Positions 7,660-15,164 of a stretch of DNA of 15,215 nt are shown here, piece after piece. The first letter of the stretch is position 1. Each line of letters starts with the position of its first letter. The notes beneath the pieces are model-generated. The model was not told the DNA's origin. It did no database searches and saw only the letters and a program-made list of their open reading frames with translations. A program made the position numbers and the translations under genes. The stretch is from a virus (taxonomy: Duplodnaviria > Heunggongvirae > Uroviricota > Caudoviricetes), in the IMG/VR virus record IMGVR_UViG_2778261570_000007, positions 1 to 15,215 of that record. One strand, written 5' to 3'.

Positions 7660-8688
7660 ATGGGGTTATTTACCACGCGTCAGTTACTCGGGTACACCGA
7701 GCAGAAAGTGAAATTTCGTGCGCTGTTTCTGGAGCTGTTCTTTCGTCGCACGATCACTTTCCATACTCAGGAAGTCATGCTGGATAAAATTACCGGCAAA
7801 ACACCGGTTGCAGCGTATGTGTCTCCGGTGGTGTCAGGCAAAGTGCTGCGCAGCCGTGGTGGTGAAACCCGTGTGTTACGTCCCGGTTATGTAAAACCAA
7901 AACACCGCTTTGATTATCAGCAGGCAGTGGAACGTCTTCCGGGAGAAGATCCGGCCCGCCTTAATGACCCGGCTTACCGCCGTCTGCGTATTCTGACGGA
8001 CAACCTGAAACAGGAAGAGCAGGCGATTGTGCAGGTGGAAGAAATGCAGGCAGTCAGTGCTGTTCTGCAGGGTAAATACACTATGAGCGGCGAGCAGTTT
8101 GAGACGGTGGAAGTGGATTTTGGGCGTTCTGCCGCCAATAACATTACGCAGGCTGGCGGACGCGAATGGTCAAAGCAGAATGCTGACACCTTTGATCCGA
8201 CGCATGATCTTGATGCGTACTGCGATTTTGCTTCCGGTACCATCAATATCGCGATTATGGACGGCACGGTCTGGCGTATGCTGAACGGTTTTAAACTGTT
8301 CCGTGAAAAACTGGATACCCGCCGTGGCTCCAAATCTGAGCTGGAAACCGCACTGAAAGACCTGGGGTCCGTGGTTTCCTTTAAGGGCTGGTACGGCGAT
8401 CTGGCTGTCGTGGTGGCGAAGACAACGTATGTTGACGAAAACGGGGATGAACAGCGTTATCTGCCGGAAGGCACACTGATTCTGGGAAATACCCAGGCGG
8501 AAGGCGTCCGTTGCTATGGCGCAATCCAGGATAATCAGGCGCTGAGTGAAGGGATCACCTCTGCGATTCGTTATCCGAAACACTGGGAGGAAGTGGGGGA
8601 TCCTGGTTGCGAATATACCATGACGCAGTCTGCGCCGTTGATGGTGCTGCCGGATCCGGATGCGTTTGTGGTGGTTCAGGTGAAATAA
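7660..8688 (+). CDS. E: Major capsid protein (lambda gpE family)
   Basis: 342 aa (lambda E is 341). Extensive colinear similarity: YVSPVVSGKVLRSRGG, PGYVKPKH, EDPARLNDPAYRRLRI, AIVQVEEMQAVSAVLQGKYTMSGEQF, NNITQAGGREWSK, KLDTRRGSKSELETALKDLG, LGNTQAEG and TMTQSAPLMVLPDPDAFVVVQ. Confidence 0.93.
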   Translation: MGLFTTRQLLGYTEQKVKFRALFLELFFRRTITFHTQEVMLDKITGKTPVAAYVSPVVSGKVLRSRGGETRVLRPGYVKPKHRFDYQQAVERLPGEDPARLNDPAYRRLRILTDNLKQEEQAIVQVEEMQAVSAVLQGKYTMSGEQFETVEVDFGRSAANNITQAGGREWSKQNADTFDPTHDLDAYCDFASGTINIAIMDGTVWRMLNGFKLFREKLDTRRGSKSELETALKDLGSVVSFKGWYGDLAVVVAKTTYVDENGDEQRYLPEGTLILGNTQAEGVRCYGAIQDNQALSEGITSAIRYPKHWEEVGDPGCEYTMTQSAPLMVLPDPDAFVVVQVK

Positions 8689-8693
8689 GACAG

Positions 8694-8719
8694 GGCGGGA
8701 TATTCCCGCCTTTTTCTTT
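8694..8719 (+). terminator. Rho-independent terminator-like hairpin immediately after E
   Basis: ggcggga (8694-8700), loop tat, tcccgcc (8704-8710): a perfect 7-bp GC-rich stem followed by tttttcttt (8711-8719). Confidence 0.7.
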
Positions 8720-8738
8720 AGCGCACGGGAGAGATGTG

Positions 8739-9104
8739 ATGACAAAAGAGCAGATGACTAAACGTTTGCAGGAACTGGCAGTGATTCTGGGGCGTGAAGC
8801 AGATATTTCAGGTTCAAAAGCCGATCTTGAGCAGCGTCTGGCGGAATGGGAGGAGGAGGCCGCTGGATTCGATGGGGAGGAGACGGGGAAGGAAGAGGTG
8901 GGCAACGATGCATCCGGCGACGGAATGCATTCTGAGCAGGGACTCGCCCGGGTGCGTATGCTGAAAACGGCGCATATGCCAGCCTGTGATGCTGTGACGG
9001 GAAAAATGTTGATGTTTGCCCGGGCCTCCAGTGTTGTGCTGGTTAATGAAGCCGCAGTTCCTGCGTTGCTGGCAGACGGTCTGGCAGAAAAAATCCGGGA
9101 GTGA
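8739..9104 (+). CDS. FI: DNA packaging / head assembly protein (lambda gpFI family)
   Basis: ATG at 8739 with a gggagag SD, in frame with tracked ORF 8607..9104. The N-terminus MTKEQMTKRLQELAVILGREADISGSKADLEQRLAEWEEE resembles lambda FI (MTKDELIARLRSLGEQL...GTKEEL..RVAELKEE). The middle is acidic and the C-terminal domain hydrophobic, as in FI. Confidence 0.75.
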   Translation: MTKEQMTKRLQELAVILGREADISGSKADLEQRLAEWEEEAAGFDGEETGKEEVGNDASGDGMHSEQGLARVRMLKTAHMPACDAVTGKMLMFARASSVVLVNEAAVPALLADGLAEKIRE

Positions 9105-9508
9105 TGATGTTCGATAATCTGTTCGATCAGGCCATGAGTGATGCGGATGACATCATCCTGGATACGATGGGGACGGAAATCAGCATATATCCGGGCGGCA
9201 CGGAAAGAAAAATCCGTGCCGTTTTTGATGCCCCGGCAGATAACACCGGGATGAACACTGGCAGCGGCGAAATTCGTGATACTGCGCCCGTGTTATTTAC
9301 CCGGAGCGCATGGGCCGCCGGTCTGAAAAAATATGACAGGGTCATGATCCACGGCGAACCCTATCAGGTAGTCGATCCCGGCTGGGATGAGTCAGGCGCT
9401 GCGGGTCAGGGGGTGATTACCATCACCCTTGCGCGTGGAGAGCCCGGGAGAAATACACCTGCTGCACCGGAACGACCGAGTAAACGTTATGGCAGTCAGA
9501 GAGCATGA
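9104..9508 (+). CDS. FII: Head-tail connector protein (lambda gpFII family)
   Basis: MMFDNLFDQAMSDADDIILDTMGTEISI...AVFDAP...PVLFTRS...GLKKYDRVMIHGE parallels lambda FII (MADFDNLFDAAIARADETIRGYMGTSATI...GVFDDP...PSLFVRTDE...LRRGDTLTIGEE). The start overlaps the FI stop. The exact start (GTG 9101, ATG 9104 or ATG 9107) is uncertain. Confidence 0.8.
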   Translation: MMFDNLFDQAMSDADDIILDTMGTEISIYPGGTERKIRAVFDAPADNTGMNTGSGEIRDTAPVLFTRSAWAAGLKKYDRVMIHGEPYQVVDPGWDESGAAGQGVITITLARGEPGRNTPAAPERPSKRYGSQRA

Positions 9509-10211
9509 ACGAAGCAGTGCCCGGCAGCGACGGCTGGCACGAAACCTCGTTGTCGATATTGATGAAGATGAGGTGCTGAAAATTATCGCTAAACTGGGTG
9601 GGTCAAAAAGTCAGATCCGTAAAGCCTGGGGCGTGGCGCTGAAAAGAGCCGCGTCTGCACTGCGGATGAAGGCTATGGCAGAGTTTAAAAAACAGGTTGC
9701 CCCACGCAGTCAGAAAATGATCAAAAAGCGTGTTCTGCATAATTTTATCATTCGTCGTAACGGTGATGAGTTTGATGAGGCGAAGGTATGGTTCGGTCTG
9801 AACGCCATCAAAGTACGCGATCTGCGCGGACGCATCAGTGGGGGACGACGCGGCGAACGCCATCAGTTGCGCGATGAGCGGGGGCGTTTTGCACCAGCTT
9901 CCAGCCGCAGGAAGGCTCGGGAGATCAGTTTTAAACCTGCCGGGGAATCCCTGCCTGTCACCGCCTGGTCAACGGATGATGCCTTTATCAACCAGTTCGA
10001 AGCGGAAAATCGTAACGGACGTATATCAAAAAGGAAAACGATACTGATCCGACAGGCATCCGGACGACGGAGGGTGCGTGAAGCGGAAATTGATATTTAT
10101 GAAGCCATGCTGAACCGTATAGAGGATTTTGTTTTTCCGGATGCGGAAGCACTGATCCTGAAAAATTTTGAGCATGAACTGAAATTCCGGGTATTTAAGG
10201 GGCTGGAGTGA
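9489..10211 (+). CDS. Putative tail-completion protein, possibly lambda gpZ-like (basic, about 240-260 aa)
   Basis: Sits where lambda has Z (after FII, before U). Highly basic composition with Z-like segments (KRAASALRMKAMAEFKKQV...; AKVWFGLNAIKVRDLRG versus lambda Z ARIKVNRGDLPVIKLGN). The similarity is weak and from memory. The start is uncertain (tracked ATG 9429 overlaps FII by 80 nt; the in-frame ATG at 9489 has a poor SD). Confidence 0.4.
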   Translation: MAVREHERSSARQRRLARNLVVDIDEDEVLKIIAKLGGSKSQIRKAWGVALKRAASALRMKAMAEFKKQVAPRSQKMIKKRVLHNFIIRRNGDEFDEAKVWFGLNAIKVRDLRGRISGGRRGERHQLRDERGRFAPASSRRKAREISFKPAGESLPVTAWSTDDAFINQFEAENRNGRISKRKTILIRQASGRRRVREAEIDIYEAMLNRIEDFVFPDAEALILKNFEHELKFRVFKGLE

Positions 10212-10774
10212 TGGAGCCATTGATGATGGGAGCCTGGCATCAGGCGGTGATTGACAGTCTGAAACAAATTCCCTGGGTGGAAGATGCCGATGAGTACCCG
10301 GAAAAAGTGACGCAACTGGTGACGCCTGCCGTGTTTGTGGATGTGCCCGGCTGGGACAAGGCTCAGTTTGCCGACGGGCAGACGCGGGTCACGCTGAAAT
10401 GCGATCTGTTTGTGGTGACTGACCGGGCCGGGAAGACGGAGAACGTGCCAAAACCGCAGATATTTGCCCGCTGTCTGGCAATGGATTTATCTGACTGGAT
10501 TGATGGAGCCACGTTCGGGCTGGATAACGTTTACCCGGCTGTTTTTATCGATGCTGAGGTGGATACCTTCGACCGGCTGCTGGACGACTACATCGTTTTC
10601 CGTGTCTCTTTCGAACAGGACATTCCGGTCGGCGAAGATCCGTTTGCAGTTCAGGCAGGTGCGCCGTTACAGGAAGTCTGGCTGGGTAAAGTACCGGAAA
10701 CCGGTAAAAAGCATGTGCAGGATTATCGTCTTATCTGGAAAGCGGAGGGCACCGGCGATGAGTCTGGCGGATGA
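10211..10774 (+). CDS. Putative tail terminator / tail-completion protein, possibly lambda gpU-like, with a C-terminal extension
   Basis: Lies after the Z-like gene, where lambda has U. AVIDSLKQ...PAVFVDVPG...TRVTLKCDLFVV loosely parallels lambda U (AAVLDALEK...PAVAVYLTG...ELHIEVFL). The start overlaps the upstream stop (GTG 10208 / ATG 10211). At 187 aa it is longer than lambda U (131 aa). Confidence 0.45.
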   Translation: MEPLMMGAWHQAVIDSLKQIPWVEDADEYPEKVTQLVTPAVFVDVPGWDKAQFADGQTRVTLKCDLFVVTDRAGKTENVPKPQIFARCLAMDLSDWIDGATFGLDNVYPAVFIDAEVDTFDRLLDDYIVFRVSFEQDIPVGEDPFAVQAGAPLQEVWLGKVPETGKKHVQDYRLIWKAEGTGDESGG

Positions 10775-11381
10775 AGTGGCTGAGTTACGCCGCAGGGTGG
10801 CGGACATGGTCCGTCGCGGCGTGGTGGAAGTGGTGATCCCGGGTAGCCCGGTGATGGTCCGGGTGGATATCGGAGATGTGCTTTCGCCGCCGTTGCCCTG
10901 GATTCAGGTGCAGTCCGGGCGTTACATGCAGGTCAGTAATTACCCGGCACCAGGAGATGCGGTCACGGTGATATCGGAGGCAGGTGATCTGCGTAATGGT
11001 CGGGTGTATCCGGGGGCCAACATTGACGCGATTCCGGTACCGGCGGGCAGTGAACACGAGCATGTTATTTTGTTTGATACCGGAACGGAGATCCGTTACG
11101 ACCGCAAGGCTAATGCCCTGTCCATCACGCTGGCTGAAGGCGGCAGCTATAAAATCACCGGCAGGGGAATGCTTGACGGTCCGGTGGAAATCACGGATAC
11201 CCTGACTGTGCAGGGAAAAACGAAGATTAATGCCGATACGCAGGTTCTGGGCAATATCGGTGCCTCACAGGAGATCACCGACAAAACCGGTAGCATGAGT
11301 AAAATTCGCGAAATTTATAATACTCATGATCACCCTGGCGACAGCGGGGGAACCACCCGTAAACCTAACCAGGAAATGTGA
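10758..11381 (+). CDS. V: Baseplate assembly / spike protein (P2 gpV family)
   Basis: ATG at 10758 with a ggaggg SD, overlapping the upstream stop by 17 nt. The N-terminus MSLADEVAELRRRVADMVRRGVV parallels P2 V (NIQELARALRNMIRTGII). The C-terminal NTHDHPGDSGGTT matches the P2 V motif HTHKHPGDSGGTT. The tracked ORF 10464..11381 contains this frame. Confidence 0.85.
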   Translation: MSLADEVAELRRRVADMVRRGVVEVVIPGSPVMVRVDIGDVLSPPLPWIQVQSGRYMQVSNYPAPGDAVTVISEAGDLRNGRVYPGANIDAIPVPAGSEHEHVILFDTGTEIRYDRKANALSITLAEGGSYKITGRGMLDGPVEITDTLTVQGKTKINADTQVLGNIGASQEITDKTGSMSKIREIYNTHDHPGDSGGTTRKPNQEM

Positions 11382-11402
11382 ACGCCGCACCGGCGTTTTT
11401 TT
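11382..11402 (+). terminator. Terminator-like hairpin with T-run between V and W (candidate attenuator)
   Basis: acgccg (11382-11387), loop cac, cggcgt (11391-11396), followed by a 7-T run (11396-11402). The next gene starts at 11415 without an obvious SD. Confidence 0.4.
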
Positions 11403-11414
11403 CGGAAAAATTTC

Positions 11415-11771
11415 ATGATTGGTATTGATTCCGCCACTGGCAGATATCTGCACGGTAACGAACATCTGCGTCAGTCCGTCACCGATATTTTATCAACACC
11501 GGTCGGCAGCCGGGTACTTCTCAGGGAATACGGCAGCAGGTTGTTCAGTCTGCTTGATAACCCGCAGGATGATTTTACGCGGGTGAGGATTGTCCGTGAA
11601 ACGGCAACCGCCCTTGAACGCTGGGAGCCCCGCCTGACCCTCCGGCGGGTGGAGGTGACGTGGACAGGAGAAGGAAGCGCCTGGCTGACGCTTGTCGGGG
11701 TGAACAACGAAACACAGGAAACGATTCGACTCGAGGAGATAAAAATTGGCAGCATCTCAGGCCATTATTGA
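11415..11771 (+). CDS. W: Baseplate wedge protein (P2 gpW / T4 gp25-like family)
   Basis: 118 aa. SVTDILSTPVGSRVLLREYGSRLFSLLDNPQ...ALERWEPRLTL parallels P2 W (SIGDILRTPVGSRVMRRDYGSLLASMIDQPQ...KWEPRVTL). Confidence 0.85.
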   Translation: MIGIDSATGRYLHGNEHLRQSVTDILSTPVGSRVLLREYGSRLFSLLDNPQDDFTRVRIVRETATALERWEPRLTLRRVEVTWTGEGSAWLTLVGVNNETQETIRLEEIKIGSISGHY

Positions 11772-12660
11772 TCTGTCCGCGATACCTGTACCGGATGCGG
11801 TGGAGGTGCCGGACACCGCTGTACTGGTCACTCAGATAGTGGCGAAATATCAGGAACTGGACACGTTGTTTTCGGCCCTGGTGGAATCTGATCCCGCGTA
11901 TAAATGGGCAGAGGCGCTGGCTTTTCGGGTGGCGCTGATGCGCCAGCAGATAAATGATGCTGTCCGTGCTGTACTGCTTGCCAGTGCCGGTGGGAGCGAT
12001 CTGGATCAGGTTGGCGCGAATTATCAGGTTCAGCGGCTGGTCATTACCCCGGCAGACGACAGCACCATTCCGCCCACGCCGGCGGTGTATGAACATGATG
12101 ACGCTTTTCGCGAACGTATCCAGTTGTCGTGGGCACGGCTCAGCACCGCCGGCGCGAAAAATGCGTATCACTATTTTGCACAAAGTGCTGATCCTGATGT
12201 GCTGGATGTGAAGGCTTACGGGCCGGAAACGCATTCGCAGGAAGGTCGGGTTTTTCTTTATGTGTTATCCCGCTCCGGAAATGGCACTGCACCACAACCC
12301 CTGCTGGATAAGGTGGCAGCATCAGTCAGTGATGATGAAACCCGTCCCCTGACGGATTTTGTCAGTGTCCGGACGGCAGAAATTATTCCCTACGATGTGG
12401 TGGCGGATATTCATATTCCCTACGGACTGGATGGTGAACTGGTTATGTCAAATGCCCGCAAGGCGCTGCAGTCATACACTGACAGCGTCCACCGGATTGG
12501 CTCGGTGGCATCCCGTTCCGGCATGGATGGTGCCCTTCACCAGACCGGGGTGATTACGGTGAATCTGACCTCTCCGGGCAGTGATATCGTTCCTGCGATG
12601 GGGCAGGCACCGTGGTGCCGTAAGGTAACGCTGAATAAGGTGGAGACAACTGATGAATGA
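11746..12660 (+). CDS. J: Baseplate assembly protein (P2 gpJ family)
   Basis: TTG start at 11746 preceded by a gaggag SD (11733-11738). IIDLSAIPVPDAV, LDQVGANYQVQRLVITPADDSTIPPTPAV and a C-terminal ...TTDE parallel P2 J (IIDLNQLPAPDVV, LDVIGANYNTTRLTITPADDSTIPPTPAV, ...GGSDE). Confidence 0.88.
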   Translation: MAASQAIIDLSAIPVPDAVEVPDTAVLVTQIVAKYQELDTLFSALVESDPAYKWAEALAFRVALMRQQINDAVRAVLLASAGGSDLDQVGANYQVQRLVITPADDSTIPPTPAVYEHDDAFRERIQLSWARLSTAGAKNAYHYFAQSADPDVLDVKAYGPETHSQEGRVFLYVLSRSGNGTAPQPLLDKVAASVSDDETRPLTDFVSVRTAEIIPYDVVADIHIPYGLDGELVMSNARKALQSYTDSVHRIGSVASRSGMDGALHQTGVITVNLTSPGSDIVPAMGQAPWCRKVTLNKVETTDE

Positions 12661-13243
12661 CGATATCAGGAGCATACTGCCGGTCAGTGCCAGCCGGGCA
12701 GAGCGGGTGGTGGACTGTGTCTCCGGAGATATGCTGTCAGACATAGCGGTCTGCCTGATCCGCTATGTGAAAAATCCCGATTTATGCCCTGCTGAATTGC
12801 TGCCATGGCTGGCCTGGGAAATGGCGGTGGATACCTGGAATGAACACTGGACGGAGACGGAAAAAAGGTCTGCGATAAAACGTGCTGCTTACATCCACCG
12901 ACACAGAGGGACTAAAGCGGCGCTGATGGCATCGCTGGCTGACAGTCCCTTCCGGTCGCAGATTGTTGAGTGGTATGAGCAGACCCCGCCCGGGGAGCCG
13001 TATACCTTTCGTCTGAACGTGGAACAGAAGGATTTACCGGTGCTGATGAATGATCATCAGGATCTTAAGCATGCGGTGCTCCGTGCCAAAAATCTGCGCA
13101 GCTGGTTCAGTATTCACGTTTACGGGAACAGCACAGGGCGTGGATTTGGTTACGGCTATGTGATGGCGACAGAAAAAATCAGAAGTACTGGTGTGACAAC
13201 AAAGACAGTGCCCACAGGCGGGCAGAGTGAGGCAGGTGTATGA
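12653..13243 (+). CDS. I: Baseplate / tail protein (P2 gpI family)
   Basis: NPDLCPAELLPWLAWEMAVDTWNEHWTETEKRSAIKRAAYIHRHRGTKAAL...EWYEQTPPGEPYTFRL parallels P2 I (NPDTCPANLLPWLAWAFSVDRWDEKWPEATKRAVIRDAYFIHCHKGTIGAV...EWWENSDPPGTFRL). Overlaps J by 8 nt. Confidence 0.85.
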   Translation: MNDDIRSILPVSASRAERVVDCVSGDMLSDIAVCLIRYVKNPDLCPAELLPWLAWEMAVDTWNEHWTETEKRSAIKRAAYIHRHRGTKAALMASLADSPFRSQIVEWYEQTPPGEPYTFRLNVEQKDLPVLMNDHQDLKHAVLRAKNLRSWFSIHVYGNSTGRGFGYGYVMATEKIRSTGVTTKTVPTGGQSEAGV

Positions 13244-14499
13244 ATGGACTGATTCTGACAACGTCCGGCGCTGCAGAAATTGAAGCAGCATATCAGAACG
13301 GGCAAACCGTGACCGTCCGGCATGTTCTGCTTGGTGACGGGGGCGGGCGGGCATTGCCATCCACGCCGGATGAAATGGCAGCAATGACATCGTTGTACGG
13401 CGAATTCGGGCAGGAACCCTTTTCCGACGGTGCGATGGAGGAGGGCTTCATCAGCGGGGATATTGTGATTGACTGTAAATCATACCCCGGTAAAACCCTT
13501 CGTGAACTGGGGATGATCAGCGACAGAGGTACGCTTATCGCGTACGGACGTTATCCCGACACCTTTTTACCAGACCAGACGGACTCCGTTATCAAGGAAG
13601 TTATTCTGACGCTGGTTCTTGGGCTGACGCACGCACAAAACGTGGTGCTGGAAGTTGATCCGGACAGGGCCATTATTACTCAGGAAATCGGAGACAGACG
13701 CTATCTGCAACGAAAAAAGAATCTTTCGGATGTGGAAGACAAGGATGAGGCTGTTGAAAACCTCGGATTAAAACCCACGGTGGACAAGGCAAAAAATGCC
13801 GTTCAGCGTGATGGTGACACCATGACCGGGGAGCTGAAAATCCGTGGTGTTAATGCGCTGAGGATTTTCAACGAAGCCTTTGGCCTGATTTTTCGTCGTT
13901 CGGAAGAGTGCCTGCACCTTATTCCAACACAGGAAAACCAGGGTGAAAATGGCGATATTGGTCCACTTCGCCCGTTCACTATTAATCTGCGGACGGGTGA
14001 AATATCCATGTCGCATAAAGTGTCTGTTGGTGGCGGTTCTCAGGTGAATGGTGCGCTGGGTATCGGCGTTCAGAATGCCCTGGGCGGAAACTCAATTGCT
14101 TTCGGGGATAACGATACCGGCCTGAAACAGAATGGTGATGGCCTGCTGGATGTTTATGCCAATGGTCAGCACGTATTCCGTTTTCAGAATGGCGCGTTAC
14201 AAAGTAACCGGGCGGTGAACGTTACTGGGCGGGTAACACCGTCAGACTACGGAAACTTTGATGCCCGTTACCAGACCAAAACAGGCGGCGTGCAGGATGT
14301 GCGTTATGGTTCCGAAATGTATTACAACCCGGGAGGTAACGAGATAACCTGGACGTTTCGCTCACCTTCAGGCCACGGATTATCCGGTATTTATGTGCAG
14401 GATACCGGAAGAAGTTCGGCAGATAACATTGGTGGTGTGTATTACAGACCGCTTCAGAAACTGATTAACGGCACCTGGTATAACGTGGCGAGTGTTTAA
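13240..14499 (+). CDS. H: Tail fibre protein (P2 gpH family), short form
   Basis: The N-terminus (TTSGAAEIEAA...VTVRHVLLGDGGG) and the C-terminal region (KAKNAVQRDGDTMTGEL; NALGGNSIAFGDNDTGLKQNGDGLLDVYANGQHVFRFQNG; GNFDARY; YRPLQKLINGTWYNVASV) parallel P2 H (NAVQKNGDTLSGGL; NALGGSSIVLGDNDTGFKQNGDGILDVYANSQRVFRFQNG; FRPIQKYINGTWYNVAQV). At 419 aa it is much shorter than P2 H as I recall it. Confidence 0.85.
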   Translation: MNGLILTTSGAAEIEAAYQNGQTVTVRHVLLGDGGGRALPSTPDEMAAMTSLYGEFGQEPFSDGAMEEGFISGDIVIDCKSYPGKTLRELGMISDRGTLIAYGRYPDTFLPDQTDSVIKEVILTLVLGLTHAQNVVLEVDPDRAIITQEIGDRRYLQRKKNLSDVEDKDEAVENLGLKPTVDKAKNAVQRDGDTMTGELKIRGVNALRIFNEAFGLIFRRSEECLHLIPTQENQGENGDIGPLRPFTINLRTGEISMSHKVSVGGGSQVNGALGIGVQNALGGNSIAFGDNDTGLKQNGDGLLDVYANGQHVFRFQNGALQSNRAVNVTGRVTPSDYGNFDARYQTKTGGVQDVRYGSEMYYNPGGNEITWTFRSPSGHGLSGIYVQDTGRSSADNIGGVYYRPLQKLINGTWYNVASV

Positions 14500-14501
14500 C
14501 A

Positions 14502-15044
14502 ATGTTGCATTTAAAAAATATTACTGCAGGCAATCCGAAAACCGCAGAACAATATCAGATGACAAAACAACATGGTATCACCTGGCTTTTTTCGGAAGAT
14601 GACAAAAACTGGTATGAAGAACAGAAGAACTTTGCCAGTGACACCATAAAAATGGTTTACACCGGAGACGGGCGCGTGGTGTGGGTCGGTAAGGATGTGA
14701 CAGGCATTGAACCCCGTAACGCCAGTGTTATTGAAGTTCCTGATATTACCGCTAATCGCCGTATTACCGTGCCTGGTTACTGGTTTTACCGCAACGATAA
14801 ATTTGTCTTCGACTACAAACTAAAAGCGGAAGATGAGCGCGATGCTCTGTTAAAACAGGTCAGCATCATGACCAGCGAATGGGAAAAAGACCTGCTGCTG
14901 GGATTAATCAGTGACGAAGACAGGGGGAAGCTGAAAGCGTACCGCATTTACGCGAAATCGCTGCAGGCGATGGATTTCAGCGCTATTACGGATAAGCCCA
15001 CTTACAACAATATTAGCTGGCCTGAACAGCCACAAAATACCTGA
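14502..15044 (+). CDS. G: Tail fibre assembly chaperone (P2 gpG / Tfa family)
   Basis: MLHLKNITAGNPKTAEQYQMTK...WLFSEDDKNWYEEQKNFASDTIKMVY...VIEVPDITANRR parallels P2 G ([22 protein letters not shown]...[26 protein letters not shown]...VVEVPDITSNRR). Starts 3 nt after the H stop. Confidence 0.88.
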   Translation: MLHLKNITAGNPKTAEQYQMTKQHGITWLFSEDDKNWYEEQKNFASDTIKMVYTGDGRVVWVGKDVTGIEPRNASVIEVPDITANRRITVPGYWFYRNDKFVFDYKLKAEDERDALLKQVSIMTSEWEKDLLLGLISDEDRGKLKAYRIYAKSLQAMDFSAITDKPTYNNISWPEQPQNT

Positions 15045-15063
15045 AAAAGAAGTTAATCATCTG

Positions 15064-15086
15064 ACCGCCTGAGGGCGGTTTTTTTA
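15064..15086 (+). terminator. Rho-independent terminator after the tail fibre assembly gene
   Basis: accgcc (15064-15069), loop tgag, ggcggt (15074-15079), followed by a 7-T run (15079-15085), about 20 nt after the G stop. Confidence 0.7.
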
Positions 15087-15098
15087 TGGGAGAAATGT

Positions 15099-15164
15099 AT
15101 GTCCGGATTACATGGTGTTGAAACCATTGAACTGACGACAGGCACGGTTGCCGTGCAGACGTAA
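15099..15164 (+). pseudogene. Tail sheath-like N-terminal fragment (21 codons then TAA)
   Basis: ATG at 15099 with a gggag SD (15088-15092). MSGLHGVETIELTTGTVAVQT* resembles the N-terminus of the P2 FI sheath (MSDYHHGVQVLEINEGTRVISTV...) but ends at TAA 15162-15164. The remaining 51 nt in any frame do not look like sheath sequence. Confidence 0.35.

Noticed and set aside
8170-8745. 191-aa ORF on the minus strand
   Set aside because: Antisense to the major capsid gene E and the E-FI terminator, with no supporting signals.
11575-12234. 219-aa ORF on the minus strand
   Set aside because: Antisense to the well-supported baseplate W and J genes, with a low-complexity, Arg-rich product typical of a spurious antisense frame.
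13240-15044. Invertible tail-fibre segment or diversity-generating retroelement
   Set aside because: No inverted duplicate of the fibre C-terminus, no invertase gene and no reverse transcriptase or template repeat is visible in the window.
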